DNA of 64,000 nucleotides from Chiloscyllium plagiosum (taxonomy: Eukaryota): the NCBI RefSeq assembly GCF_004010195.1, contig NC_057755.1:2519246-2583245 (forward strand), in the 5' to 3' direction. The notes beneath the pieces were generated by a model that worked only from the letters and a program-made list of their open reading frames with translations, made no database searches and was not told the DNA's origin. Below, one piece after another: positions 40,598 to 54,335 of the stretch. Numbering within the stretch: position 1 is the stretch's first letter; each line of letters begins with the position of its first letter. The translations under genes and the position numbers were made by a program.

Positions 40598-43360
40598 TGT
40601 TTGCGTCAGAGAAATTAACCCAATAAGTTAGAGATCACAAAGCACAGTTCGAAGTAAAATTGACAAACAGTCTATTCGTGCGGCGATATCGCGGAAGTGA
40701 AATTGACGAACCTGAAATAGCACAGACAGTCTGTCCAGGGAGCTGAAAATTCTCTTACGCTGAGGATGAAGCCAGGTTTTATAGCAATCTTGTACAATAA
40801 GGTTAATTGAAATGGGGAAAAATACAATGTATTTGGAAATGGAGTAATCTAGTTACAATGATGATAATTGAAAAACAGTTATAGGATGAATGTCCTGATT
40901 CTCGATACAATGCAACATCCTAACTGTATCAGTGGGATCACGAGCTTCCAGCCCTCTTCACAGGAAGGTGAAAGTGTCTCTTTTGAAACAGTAAGGTGCT
41001 TCCATTGTCTTGTCCTGGCGACAGTGCTCTTGGTGGTGCCTCTGTCTGACCTGTTCTTTGTGTGGCTTTGGTATTACTGTGTTATGGAACTGCCTTCGGG
41101 GCTCTAGGATAGCCGTGTTGCTCTGACATTAGTAGTGTGTTTTGGGAAGTGTATTCTCTTGTCCGCGAATGCTCTCTGGTTTCACGTGTCAGCCTACTTG
41201 GTCCCTGCTGAGGCATTCTGGGTGTTATCTATATAATTTGGCCAAGTTTGCTTTCCTATGTTCATATGAGCCGATTATTGGTTGACAGGGTGGCAGATCG
41301 TTTCCCACAATTCCCCCCTTTTTAGAAGCAAAATACTGCGGATGCTGGAATCTGAAACCAAAACAGAAAATGCTGGAAAATCTCAGCATGTCTGGCAGAA
41401 TCTGTAAGGAGAGAAAATAGCTGATGTTTCAAGACTAACTGAATGCAAAATAAATCAAGTCATCTCCGGATGTTGAGCTGCAGTTATTGAAACAGACATT
41501 CAAACACCAGCAACCAAATGTGCATACAAGGCCGACCACAAACAGTCAAAGTTTCTCCAAGGGTCAGTGTATACATGCATCCGGGCACTAGGACCCCTTT
41601 GAGTACTAGCATGAATTGTGACAGGCTGCAGGTCAGTCTCTGTCTCTCTGTCTCTCTGTCTGTCTCTCTCTCTCTCTCTCTCTGTGTGCTGCCCTGTGCA
41701 GCTGGAAGCCAGTACCATAGCCACCTCATTCCACCCGCCCCCACCCCGGATCAGGTCCGTTAACAACAAGGTAAAGTGTGGGATACTGAGGGAAGGGGGC
41801 TGGGAGGAGTCTGTGATTTTAACGGTGGGGGAGGGAGGTGCTGACTATTCCTTAAACTTTTCTAACCTCAGGCCACGAAGAATTGCAACCCTCTCATCCC
41901 TATTCTACTCCGAAACAACATTGTCTGGTGACCTGTATAAACAAGGTCTTCCCTACCTTACTCTCCGAGCAGCAGTGTTTACATTGGCGCTTGGTACTTC
42001 CTTGAGAGAGTCAGTGTCCACGGACCGCTGCCTCAGCAGGACAGGTTAGACTTGTTCCCGAGGCGCTCCTTCTCCCGAGGGTTTGGGTCCCACAACCTCA
42101 TGGACCTTTGGTTCGAGCTGAGAATAGAGAACAGACTACAGCACTGACAAACACAGAAACAAACAGGACAAACTGAAGAGAGAAGTACAGGACAAACACA
42201 ACACAGACAAACAAAACAGCAGGCCCCTGCCAATTCCCCACAACCTGTAGATTTCTTAGTACTAAAGTGAAAATTTAATCGGCAATCTCTCTGCCTATCT
42301 TGCCAGACTTTCTCTGACGGCTCGTCTTTCCCCTGGCTGGATCAGGATCGTGAAACATGTCCTGGCTCAAAGCGGATCACCGTTCTGCCAAATTAGTTAA
42401 ACTTTAATTGGTTGATTAAGGAGCGTACCCGACTACTTCCCCAGACCAAGGCTGTGGTTGTTTAACGCCGAATTGCCGCAGTTGCTGGTTTAGAATTGTG
42501 GTCACCCTTCACAGTCATCCAGCCTTTCTCTGGTCTGACCTGCTGGGGCAGGGCTTGCGGCTAGGTCCGAATTGGACTAAATTTAAAATATCAGGATCGC
42601 TGACCCTGTTTAAAGACACAAAGTGCCTGCTGACTAACGCTAAGCTGTCAATGAAATTTTCCCAATTATGCAGGGACCACACTAACTAATTTTACAAGTT
42701 GTTTATTACAAGCGATATCGTTGGAAACTAAATTGACTCGGCTGACACAGAACTGATAATCTGTACAGAGATGTCAAGGGTCTTCTTCTCTGAGCAGAGA
42801 ATCATGCCAGTTTTTTTTAACAGGAATATTGTACAATAATGCTATTTGAACAGAGGGAAAATACAATGCTCTTAATAATTAAGTAATCCAGTTCCCATGG
42901 TGATAATCACAAAGCAGTTATCGGAAGAATCTCCTGAGTGTAGATACGATGACGCATCCTGGCAGCATCAAACACATCTTAATGGGATCAGGAGATTCCA
43001 GCTCTCTTCGAGGGTCAGTGAAAATGTCCTTTTCCTTGTTGGTCTCCTGTGAGCGAGGTATGCTGGTGCCTCTCTCTCTGACCTGTCCCTTGGTTGGCTT
43101 TGATATCACTGGGTTACAAACTGCCCTTAGGGCTTTGAGACAGCTGTGTTCATCGGGATCAGGAAGCTTATGGTGAGTTGCTATTGGGAAGTGTATTCCC
43201 TGGTCTGTGAGTGACTATCGTCATGTCTGGTTTCTCTTGTCAGCTTGTTTAGTCAATACTGAGGCATTCTGGGTGTTCCTTGTATGGTTTGGACAGGATT
43301 GATTTAGTGTGTTCTGTGTGACCATGCTGTGGGTAGGCAGGGGGGCAGATGTTTCCCACA
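40598..43360 (-). mobile_element. Internally deleted LTR retroelement/ERV: 5' LTR about 43360-42646, tRNA-Ser-like PBS 42642-42626, about 1.3 kb internal region, PPT 41324-41310, 3' LTR about 41309-40598
   Basis: Both LTRs start TGTGGGAAAC on the minus strand and align over about 710 bp. PPT aaaaaggggggaat abuts the 3' LTR. TAGCGTTAGTCAGCAGG after the 5' LTR resembles PBS-Ser TGGCGTAGTCGGCAGG. Minus-strand AATAAA at about 42705. Confidence 0.8.
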
Positions 43361-43384
43361 TACACACACACACATATATATATG

Positions 43385-44620
43385 TAGATCATGGATCATA
43401 AAACAATATAGCGCAGAAAAGGCCCTTCGGCCCTCGATGTTGCACCGACCTGTGAACTATTCTAAGCTCAACCCCTAAACTATCCTAAAAGCATCCATGT
43501 GCTTATCCAAGGACTGTTTAAATGCACTTAATGTGGCTGAGTTAAGTACATTGGCAGATAGGGCATTCCACGCCCTTACCACTCTCTGAGTAAAGAAACT
43601 GCCTCTGTTATTTGTCTTAAATCTATCACCCCTCAATTTGTAGTTATGACCCCTCGTACAAGCTGACGTCATCATACTAGGAAAGTGTCTTTCACTGTCT
43701 ACCCTACCTGATCCTTTGATCATCTTGTATGTCTCTATCAACTCCCCTCTTAGCCTTCTTCATTCCAATGAGAATAGACCCCCAAGTCTCTCAGCCTTTA
43801 CTCATAAGACCTTCCCTCCTGACCAGGCAACATCCTGGTAATCTCCTCTGCACCTTTTCCAATGCTTCCACATCCTTCCTGTAATGGGGCGACCAGAACA
43901 GTACACAGTATTCCAAGTGCGGCCACACTAGCGTTTTGTATAGTTGTAGCATGACATTGTGGCTCCGGAACTCAATCCCTCTAACTATGAAACCTAACAC
44001 ACACATGTATGGAGAAAATGCAGAGGCATAGGAATGAGGGTGATTTAGCAATTTGAATTAGAAACTGGCTTTCTGAAAGGAGGCAGCGAGTGGTGGTTGT
44101 TGGAAAATATTCAACCTGGAATCTGGTTACCAGTGGTGTGAGACCTGGGTGGCAACTTTCAGGGATCTATGTACATGGAATCCAACATCCCTCTGCATAT
44201 CCACACTGCCAAGAATCTTTCCATTGACCCAGTATTCTGCTTTCCTGTTATTCTTCCCAAAGTGAATCACCTCACATTTAGCTGCACTGAACTTTATTTG
44301 CCACGTCTCAGCCCAATTCTGCAGTTTATCCAAGTCCCCCTGCAACCTGTAACATTCTTCCACACTGTCCACTCCTCCACCGACTTTCGTGTTATCTGCA
44401 AATTTACTAAATAATCCAAGTATGCCTACATCCAAGTGATTTATAAAAATGACAAACAACAGTAGTCCCAAAACAGATCCCAAAACACACCACTGGTAAC
44501 CGGACTCCAGGTTGAATACTTTCCAACAACCACCACTCACTGCCTCCTTTAAGAAAGCCAGTTTTTAATTCAATTTGCAAAATCACCCTCAATCCCATGC
44601 CTCTACATTTTCTCCATGTA
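43385..44620 (-). mobile_element. CR1-type LINE 3' fragment within a (CA)n tract, containing an internal inverted segment
   Basis: KFADNTKVGG, WAETWQIKF, VWPHLEYCVLFWSPHY, RVVRAWNAL motifs. Confidence 0.88.
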
Positions 44621-45689
44621 TGTGTGTGTTTGTGTGTGTGCGTGCGTGTGTGTGTTTGTGTGAGCAAATGTTTATTATTCTCCCTCTCTGTTTCTAGCTC
44701 TTGTCTGCGAATTCCTCTAAGCAAAGCAATTTGATTCTCTCCATCTCTGCATCGTTCAGGTTTCAGTTCCCAAATCTAGTGCTGAACCAGCCATGGTCCT
44801 GATGAACAACAGGTCAGGCTCTAGGGGCTGAATGGCCTCTTGCTGTTCCTCGTTCGTATGGTCTTATGTTCTTAATGCTATATCCCAGCTCTTCGCCCAA
44901 ACCCTGGAGGCTATGACTAAAAAGGGACTGATCTGAAGAGTTCTCCAAACTTCCAAGAGTCTCTGAGTGAACCAGCCTTTCTGGATTGGAGGTCCAGACT
45001 CAGAGTGAGAAGTGAAATCTCCTCAGGGCTCCACCTAGTTTCTGACTGCATGGTGCAGCAGGCCAGTCATAGGGTAGTGAAAAACAGGCCAGATGTGCTC
45101 TCTTCCCCATTTCGAAATGACATGCAGGAGTATATTGCGTCCTTCATCAGATTAACGTGCTATCCCTCCTGGCTGCTATAAAGGTGTGGGCTGCCTATGA
45201 TATGGAACATACAGCGTATGTCCCGGCACTGATTGGTTAGTTCAGCTGGCGAGGCGGTGGTTTATAATGCAGAATGAAGCCAACTGACAGCGGTTACCAT
45301 GGAAGACTCTCCTTCTCAACCATTGACTGAGGTTCGGTATCCCCCCACGGCCCCACACACCCACCGGTTAAAACGCCACCAATCATCTCTCTCTCTAATG
45401 AGGGGCTGCCTATGGTCTATTAAGTCTTCAGTGACATTGCATCTGGAGCACCGTAGACAGGGCTGGTCCCCGTAGTGACAGAGGGATGTTAATGTGTTGG
45501 AATCATCAGCGATGGTCTTCTTGACTAATACCCTCTGGAATGAGTCGCGTTTATGATGAGGAAAGGGCCTTCATGTGATCATTATCACGAAAGGTCAGAT
45601 TTATAACGATAAACTATTTCCACTGGTTGGGAATTCTGAAACGCATGCGCAGAGATTGAGACTTGGGGCCATCGTGTTCAGGCTTTGCT

Positions 45690-48600
45690 TTCCACACCCC
45701 TACGTCTCTCTGAGTGAAGAAACTACCTCTGACATCTGTCCGATATCTTTCACCCCTCAATTTGAAGCTATGCCACCTCATGTTAGCCATCACTATCCGA
45801 AGATAAAGGCTCTCACTGTCCACCCTATCTAACCCTCTGATTATTTTATATGTCTCAATTACGTCACCTCTCAACCATCTTCTCTCAAAGGAAAACGGCC
45901 TCAAGTCCCTCATTTTTCCTCATCGGAACTTCCCTCCATACCAAGCAAGCTCCTCGTAAATCTCCTCTAAACTCTTTCCAAAGCTTACACATCCTTCTTA
46001 TAATGAGGTGGCCAGAACTGAATGCAATACTCCAAGTGAAGCTACATAGAGTTTGTACAGCTGCAGCATGATCTCATGGCTCTAATGCTCAATCTCTCTA
46101 TCAATAAAAGCTGACACACTGTATGCCTTCTTAACAAACCTATCAGACTGCGTGGCAACTTTCAGGGATCTATGTACACACGGAGATCTCTCTGCTCATC
46201 CACAGTACCGAGAACCTTACCATCAGCCCAGTACTCTTTATTCCTGTTATTTCTTCCAAAGTGAATCATCTCACAGTTTTCCACATTAAACTCCATTTGC
46301 TCCTGCTCAGCCCACCTCTGCAGCTTATCTTTGTCTCTTTAAAACGTACAACGTCTTACAGCGCTATCCACTACTCTATCAAACTAAGTATCATCTGCAG
46401 ATTTACTCACACACCTGTCTATGTCCTCATCCAGGTCACTGGTATAAATGACAAACAACATTGGCCCCAAAACAGATCCTTGTGGTACATCGCTTGTAAC
46501 TGAAGTCCAGGATGAATATTTCCCATCAACCATCACCCTCTCCCTTCTTTCAGTTAGCCAACTTCTGATACAAACCATTAAATCACCCTCTATCCCATGT
46601 CTCCGTATTTTGTGCAATAGCCTACCATGCGAAACATTATCAAACGCCTTATGGAATTCCATACACACACCATCAACCACTTTACACTCATCCACCTGGT
46701 TGGTCACCTTCTCAATTATTCGTCTCGACCACATTGTCGTTTTCTAGTGGGAAAATTGACAAATATATTCATTTAGCGCTCCCCTATTTCCTCTGACTCC
46801 ACGAACAACTTCCAATATAATGTTGATTGGTCCCAACGTTACTCTCTCATTCTTTTGTTCCTGACATAATTGTAGAATCCATTAGGGTTTTCCTTGATCC
46901 TATTTGCCAATGATTTCTCATGTCTGGCTCTTCTCTCTTTAGGTCTTTCCTGGCTAACTTGTAACTCTCAAGCACCCTAACTCAGCCTTCACATCTCATC
47001 TTAACATAAGCCTTCTTCCTCTTGACAAGAGATTCAACTTCCTTAGTAAACCATGGCTCCCGAGCTTGACCACTCCATCCCTGCCTCACAGGTGCATACT
47101 TATCAAGGACAAACAGTGGCTGTTCCTTAAATAAGTCCCACATTTCAATTGTGTCCATCCTGCAGTTTCCTTCCCCATCCTATGCATCCTAAATCTTGCC
47201 GAATCGCATCGGAATTGCATTTTCCCTCGCTATAACTCTTGCCTGTGATACATACCTATCCCGTTCCATCGCCAAAGTAAACATAACTGAATTGTGCTCG
47301 CTATCACCAAAGTGCTCACCTACCTGCAAATCTAACACTGGCAGGGGTTCATCACTCAGTACCAAATCCAATGTGGCTTCGCCCCTTGTTGGCCTGTCTA
47401 CATACCCTCCTGCACACATTGGACAAAAACTGAACCATCCAAAGTACTTGAACTATGGTATTCCCAGTCAGTATTTGGAAAGTTAAAGACACCCATAACA
47501 ACTACGTTGTCACTCTGATCTTTGCTATCTTATCCTCTACATCTCTCGAAGTATTCGGAGGCCGATAGAAAGCTCCCAACGGGGTGACCTCTCCTTTCCT
47601 GTTTCTAACCTCAGCCCATGCTACCTCAGTAGAGTCCTCAAAACTTCTTTCTGTCACTGTAACACTGTTCTTGACGAACAGTGCCATGCCACACCCTCTT
47701 TTACCATCTTCTCTATTCTTATTGAAACTTCTAAATCCCGGAACCTGCCACAACTATTGTTGTCCCTGATCGACCCTTGTCTCTGAAATAGCCACAAAAT
47801 CGAAATCGCAGGTGCCAACCTATGCTGCACGTTCATCCATCTTATTCCGGATGCTCCTGGCATTGAAGTAGACACACTTCAAACTACCTTCCTGCTTGCT
47901 GGTGCATTTTTGCGACTGGAAAGTTTAGTTCTGTCCTCATTATTCTCATCCTCCCATATATTTGAAGTTCCCATCCCCCTGCTGAATTAGTTCATACCCA
48001 TCCGAATGCATTAGCAAATTTCCCCCAAGGATATTATTACCCCTCTGGTTCAGGTGAAGATCATCCCCAGAATGAGACCCAGTTATCCAGGAATCCAAAC
48101 CACTCTCACCTGCACCATTCCTGTAGCCATGTGTTCAACTCCTCTTTCTCCTTATTTCTCGCCTCGCTAGCATGTGGCAAGGGCAACAAACCAGAGATAA
48201 CTACTCTGTTTGTTCTCGCTCCAAGCTTCCACCGAGCTCCCTGAATTTCTGCCTTAAATCCCCATCATTTTTCCTACATGTGTCGGTGCCTATGTGGATC
48301 CTGACTTGGGACTGTTCCCCCACCCCCTCAAGGATCCCAAAAACATTATCAGAGAGATCACAAACACTGACACCTGGGAAGAAGCACACCAACCGTGAGT
48401 CTCTCTCGTCCCCAGAAACCTCCGATCTATCCCCCTAACTATGGAGGCCCCAATGACTAATGGTCGGCTCCTCTTCCCCCTCCCTTCTGAGCAAGAGGGA
48501 CAGCATCTGTGCCAGAGACCTGTTCCCTATGTTTTACCCCTCGTAGTTGCCCTCTCCCCCGCAAAACAGTATACTTGTTATTGTGGGGAATGACCATAAG

Positions 48601-49100
48601 CAATCCCTGCAGTGTCTGCCGGTTCCCTTTCAGTCCCCTGATGGTGGCCCATCTACCTTTCTCTTGTATCTGAGGAGTGACTACCTCCCTGTAACTCCTC
48701 TCAATAACACGCTCGCAGCCTTCCGAATGATCCAAAGTTCATCCAACTACAGCTCCAGTTCCCTTACGCGGTTCTCGAGGAGCTGGAGTTGGGTGCACTT
48801 CCCACAAACGAAGTCACCAGGCACACTAGTGGTGATCCTTACCTCCCACATTCTGCAGGAGGAACATTCTACTGCCCTAACAGCCGTTTCCACTATTCTA
48901 AATTCCTAAAGAGGCCACTGAAAATCTAAAAAATAAAGTAACCAGCCACCTTTCCAGCTGCCGCACAGAACCTTTTTTGTTTGTTTTGAGGAGGGCGACG
49001 GGTGAGAGACATACCTGAACAGTGTCACAGGTGAAGCAACACCCAATATAAAGCATCACTTATCCATCATTACCGTGTCTGCTCCTGTTCAGTGTGCCTT
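45690..49100 (-). mobile_element. Near full-length degenerate CR1 LINE: ORF1 (zinc finger/leucine zipper plus esterase), APE, RT
   Basis: Minus 48890-48700 reads AVECSSCRMWE...FVCGKCTQLQLLENRVRELEL; esterase-like VCFFPG...[48 protein letters not shown]. Internal deletions present. Confidence 0.88.
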
Positions 49101-49149
49101 TTCCCAGAATCCATTCTTTCTTACTCCACTGAAACACATCAGAGCCCGT

Positions 49150-50316
49150 GGTGTTGGGGTAGAACATTAACATGGACTGAGGACTGACCAAATCCATAGA
49201 ACAGAGAGTGGCCATGAAGGGGTCAAGGTAAATCAGTGGAGAGGTAAGTGGGGAGGATGTCAGAGTCTGCCGAAGGTTCTAGAAAGGTTAAATGTGTGGC
49301 TGAAAACATGACAGGTGGAATATAAGGAGGAGAAATGTCAGGTGATGCACTTCAACAGGAAGAATAGAAGGGTTGAATATTATAAAAAGGGAGGAAGACT
49401 ACAGAAAGCGACAGAAGAGAGGAATTTGGGAATCCTCATGTGTGAATCAGAAAACACCATTATCTGAGTTCAAAGGGGAGCAGGGAAGGCAAATTGGAAT
49501 ATTGGAACCAAAATCAGAAATTGCTGGAAAAACTCAGTTCTGAAGAAGACTCATTTGACCTGAAACATTTACTTCGTTTTCACTCCACAGATACTGCCAG
49601 ACATATTGAGTTCCTCGACCAATTTCTGAATTTGTTTCTGATTTCCAGCAACACCAGTCCTTTGTTCTTTTTTCAAAATGCATTGTTGGTCTTTACTTCA
49701 ATGGGAATGAAACATAGCAGTGGGGAAGTTTAGCTAAAACTATACAAGGCTGTTGTGGGACCACAGCTGGAACAATGTGAATAGTTGTGGCCTCTTCATC
49801 GAGGGGAAGATAGATTGGAGACAGTCCAGGGAGGGTTCACTCAGCTCATCCCAGGGATGGATGAACTGTCTAATGGAGAGAGGTTGAGTCGGTTGGCTGT
49901 GCAGTCATTTGAGTTCAGAAGAATGTGAGGTGACCTAATTGAAATGGGCAGGATTCTTCGAAGACTTGCCGGGGGAGGGGGGGCGGGGGTGGGTGGAAAG
50001 TTAGTTTCCTCTTGTGGGAATGTAGAGGACCAGAAGAATAAGAAGTCATCATTTCAGACAGAGATGAGGAGGAACATCTTCCCTCTGAGGGAGGTGAATC
50101 TGTGGAATGCTTTCCCATAGAGTGCTGTCGAGGCTGGGTCGTAGAATATATTCAAGGCTGAGACAGACAGGGTTGTTTCATCAGGAAGGGAATCGAGGGG
50201 TTCAGGAGAAAAGGACGATTGTAGAATAGGGGGTGATCAGTCATGATCTCATTGAATAGCAGAACAGAGTCAATGGGCTAAATGGCGTTCATTTTCTCCT
50301 GTCCCTTACGGTCTTA
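49150..50316 (+). mobile_element. CR1-type LINE 3' fragment with a short Penelope-derived insert (about 49500-49660)
   Basis: ctatacaaggctgttgtgggaccacagctggaacaatgtg, gtgaatctgtggaatgc, tail cccttacggtcttaa. Confidence 0.75.
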
Positions 50317-52667
50317 AAATGACTATTTGGGCAGGATTTCTCAAAGAATGGCAATCTCACGCACATTGCCAATCTGCCAATTACTTAATTTATTCTTGAA
50401 AGGAGCGTACACAACATTTCAGACCGGAGACACTTCACAAACAGGCACACAGAAACATATCAATATGAGTATATCTACAATTATATTATGCCATCAACAA
50501 CGTATAATTTAAGATTACTGTTATCAACTCTGCGAATCGGAACTTTCAATTCGATGTTTAGTGTTATCCAAATGTGGGCTCATAGATATAGGCACGATAT
50601 TAAAATCTGCTTTTATAACAATTGCTTTTGACAGTTTATTGAACGGTACATTAGAATATAGATAATTGTGACATTACTATCCTGCTTAAATTTCTACACA
50701 TTTTAAAATCCGCAATTTTAAAAATAATTTACTTGACACCATAAGATTGAAAGAAAACTATCCTCATAATCCTGTCGAATTTCTTCAGAATGCCTTTGTT
50801 TCAACTTTTCAACAGAGAGTTAGTGATGTCACAGCTCCCTGGGGCCTTGCATGAGAAAACAAGCACCGCTATTCTCACAGAAGTTAATGTTTTCATAATA
50901 TACTGAGCATTCCTCAATATAACTGTCTTTTAGACCAAAGTTAACAGGAAGCATGGACCAGGCTTCTGTACCGATTGGAACTTGCAGTTTATCACAAGTA
51001 ATTAGACTACAGCTACAGCCAAACTACTATGATCCATCAGCCTATAGCCCAACAAATTAAATGTCAAATTCCTTACAGACACACTCTTACACACTCCCAC
51101 ACACAGATGCATGCATGCACACACACAGAGACTCATACACACACAGCAACACAGACACCCACTCACGCAGACACGCAAACATACATGTATGTACACCTTC
51201 ACACAACCATCCTGACACCTGCACACAGAGAAGCACGCACAGACACAGGAGAAAAAACATGTGGATAGCGGGAAAGATAGAGAAGTGTGCTCTGTGGTTC
51301 CACTTCAAATGGAAGATGAGATGATTGTGTTGGCTCTTGTGCTGCTCAGATTGCTGCTTCCCAGTCTTCTTTCTCTAGGGGCTCTCAGTGACTTGCAAGA
51401 GACACACGGACTGGGTCACACTTATAAACGGTCTCTAACAGACTCAGCAAAAGGCAGAGCTCACAGAACTGCTGAAGGAACAATAAACCAGGTTTCTTTA
51501 GCCTTTAGGTAGTTTTTACTGCAGAGAACATAGGGAGTTCCTGAAAGTGTGAAGGCTTCTCTGTATCTGGTTCATAGCGCCAAGCTGTTCAGCTGTCTGA
51601 AAACCAATTACATTGCTACTGGCATCTGAAGGCCTTTCTCATTGAGAATTGGTCACATGTTCACAAACCAATCAGTTACTTGTTGCAAACCGAAAATCCA
51701 TCTGTAAATAAATCCGTTCATTCACAACCACACTTCAATCATTGGGTCACCCTCAACGTCAGGTGAATTGCTTTCACATCATGTAACAATTCTCCACTAA
51801 TGCCTTGTTTTTAAAGTGTTTCTTTTCTCATTTTGAGGCCACAATTAAACTCCAGATTTTTGCAAAGATGATCATGAAATGCCTTAGAAGCATGAAATGC
51901 AATTTCAAAAATGCATTTCCTTACAAAATAAATGATATACAATAAATCCCAAGACGGCAATCCATTTATTCTATTTCCCCTCGTACAATGTTATACAATT
52001 TGAGCATTCCAAAAAAACTTTCCTTTATTCCAGCATTTAACACTTGGGACAATACATCAGTAATTACATCACATGTTCCAGCGATGTTCTTTACATTAAG
52101 TGTTTGCAACAAAAGGCTCCAACAGAATAGTCTTGAATTCTTTGTTTGAAATTTTTCAATGAAGCCCAGTCAATTATGATCAGTGTCACTTAGCATTTCA
52201 CTTTTCTTTTTCGGATATAGACTTCAAAGTGTCAAAGAGCAAACAGCAATTCCAACGCCGCCCTTCTCTATCAGAGAGTAGTTTCCAATGACTGGCATTG
52301 TTTCTAAGAGAAGTCCCCGATGGGTTTCTCTATACCTGATTCACCATCATGTAACAGGAAAGTACACAGCACCAGGGTACCAGCATCAACTGTCATTTTG
52401 AAAAGTCAGGAAAAATCATGGGTGGCCAGCATTAGTTCATTTTGTTTTCAATTTGTCTTCATCCTTTCAAAGGCAGCCTTGTGTTCTGCGAACTGGACAA
52501 CGTTTTACTAGATTCCTTCACAGATTTGTTAAAAACACAGCTTATCCAGGTATAATCATGCACACATTTCCAGTAAACTCACACATTGCAATAAATATTC
52601 TAATTTCTCATTCAGTTTCAACAACTGCAAATTCTATTTGAGTCTTCATTTTTGCTATCCTCAGCAA

Positions 52668-53192
52668 TATGCATGTGTGTGTTTGTATATGTATGTGTGT
52701 CTGTGTGTGTGTACGTGATTGTGTGTCTGTGAATATCTGTGTGTTAGTGTCTGTGTGTATGTGCATGTGTGTCGGTGAATGTTTGTGTGCGTGTGTCTGC
52801 ATGTGTGGGCCTGTGTGTTTATGTATGTGTGTCTGTGAATGTCTGTGTGTGTGTCTGTGTCTATTTGTATGAGTGTCTGTTGGTGTATGTGGGTGTGTCA
52901 GCCTATATTAGTGCCTGTATTACAGTGTTTTTTTGTTTATGCATATATCTGTGTGTGTCTCTGTGTGATTTTGTTTGTTGTATGTTAATGTGACAGTCTG
53001 TATCTGTATTTGTGTGTATCTCTGTGTCTGAATCTCTGTGTCTATTTCTGTTGCTCTGGGTGTGAATTCACTGAAATGGGGTCAAAACTCCCCTCTCTGT
53101 TCATCTTGTGTTCAAGGTGATGCAATGTTGATGCTTATGTTGACGTATGTCTCTATGTGTGTGTGTTTGTGCGTGTGTGCGTGCGTGCGTGT
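52668..53192. repeat. Degenerate (TG)n microsatellite
   Basis: Long gtgtgt/ctgtgt runs; similar (CA)n tract at 51080-51250. Confidence 0.9.
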
Positions 53193-54295
53193 TCACCTCT
53201 GCCTGCAATGGGAATCACTGTGTCCGAATGGAAGTTTGAACAAATAAATTAAAATTAAAATGTGTTGAATCAAAGGCTCAGAGTTTTGACTCTCTATTCC
53301 TCTGTGTTTCAAGTGATGCAATGCCATGCTCTGCTGGACTCCCCATGCCACTGTACAAACATCAGATTTATTTTGGAGAAAACATCCAAGTCAGTGAGTG
53401 TCTTCAATTGCCCGTTTGTTTCATTCTTCAAAGAACGTCTTTGGAGTCTCAGAGCAATTTTGCAGGGTCCCTTGTGAAGTCATAAGTGAGTAAGCGTGGG
53501 TAGCAGATGCTGGCGATTAGAGTTAAAAAGTGTGCTGTTGGAAAAGCACAACCAGTCAGGCAGTATCCGAAGAGCAGGAGTGTCAACGTTTCAAGCATAA
53601 GCTTCTCATCAAGCCTCTGCCCTAAACTTCGATTCTCCTGCTCCTCGGGTTCTGCCTGACTGGCTGTGCTTTTCCAGCACCACACTTTTCGACTCTGGGC
53701 GTCTGTGTGTTGATGGTGCTGTCAACTTAGATTATGTTGTTAGCTGCTACAGTCTCTCTCTGTCTCTCTCTCTGACTGAACCCTTGAGGGAATGAATCCT
53801 CCGCAGCACCACGTGTAGTGTCTTGGAGGGGATAGTAGAAGGTAACGTTGTATTTTTTTTAAACTGAAGAGAGATCTATTGCATGGTTTTGAATCTTCAC
53901 TCCATGATAGGAAATACTGTACATGTTGGTGGGCTGCAATGGTGTAGCAGCCCATTGGAAGTCGTAAGCTTGATGTTAAAAAAGAAATCCCAACTTTTGT
54001 TATTATTCATATATTTTAATGTGTTACTGAACTTCTCTCTGAACCGAGAAAATGTTGCTGCATAAATTACCTTCAAGTCATTATGTGGGCCAACATGGCA
54101 CCAATTGTTAAAGTTCACTTGAGACTAACTTTAAGAAAGTTCTGGAATTTACATAAGAAAGAACTGAAGCCAAAATGCCCATTCTAAAAGAAGAGAGAAT
54201 TAACAAATGATTCAGGTCTTCTTCAATATATAATTTCAGTTACATCACACTGTAAATTTTTGCTATAAATTATGTGTCTTACGATCCTGCTACAC

Positions 54296-54335
54296 AACCA
54301 CCTGATGAAGGAGCAACGCTCCGAAAGTTTGTGCT
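54296..54335 (+). ncRNA. Minimal hammerhead-ribozyme-like core in a Penelope terminal repeat relic
   Basis: CTGATGA-A-GGAGC-AAC-GCTCC-GAAA: both conserved core boxes flank a perfect 5-bp stem II. Stem III/cleavage triplet appears mutated (gaaagtttgtg). Confidence 0.55.

Noticed and set aside
52608..53247. Cys/Val- or His/Thr-rich ORFs (also 8091-8414, 51002-51324)
   Set aside because: Translations of (TG)n/(CA)n microsatellites.
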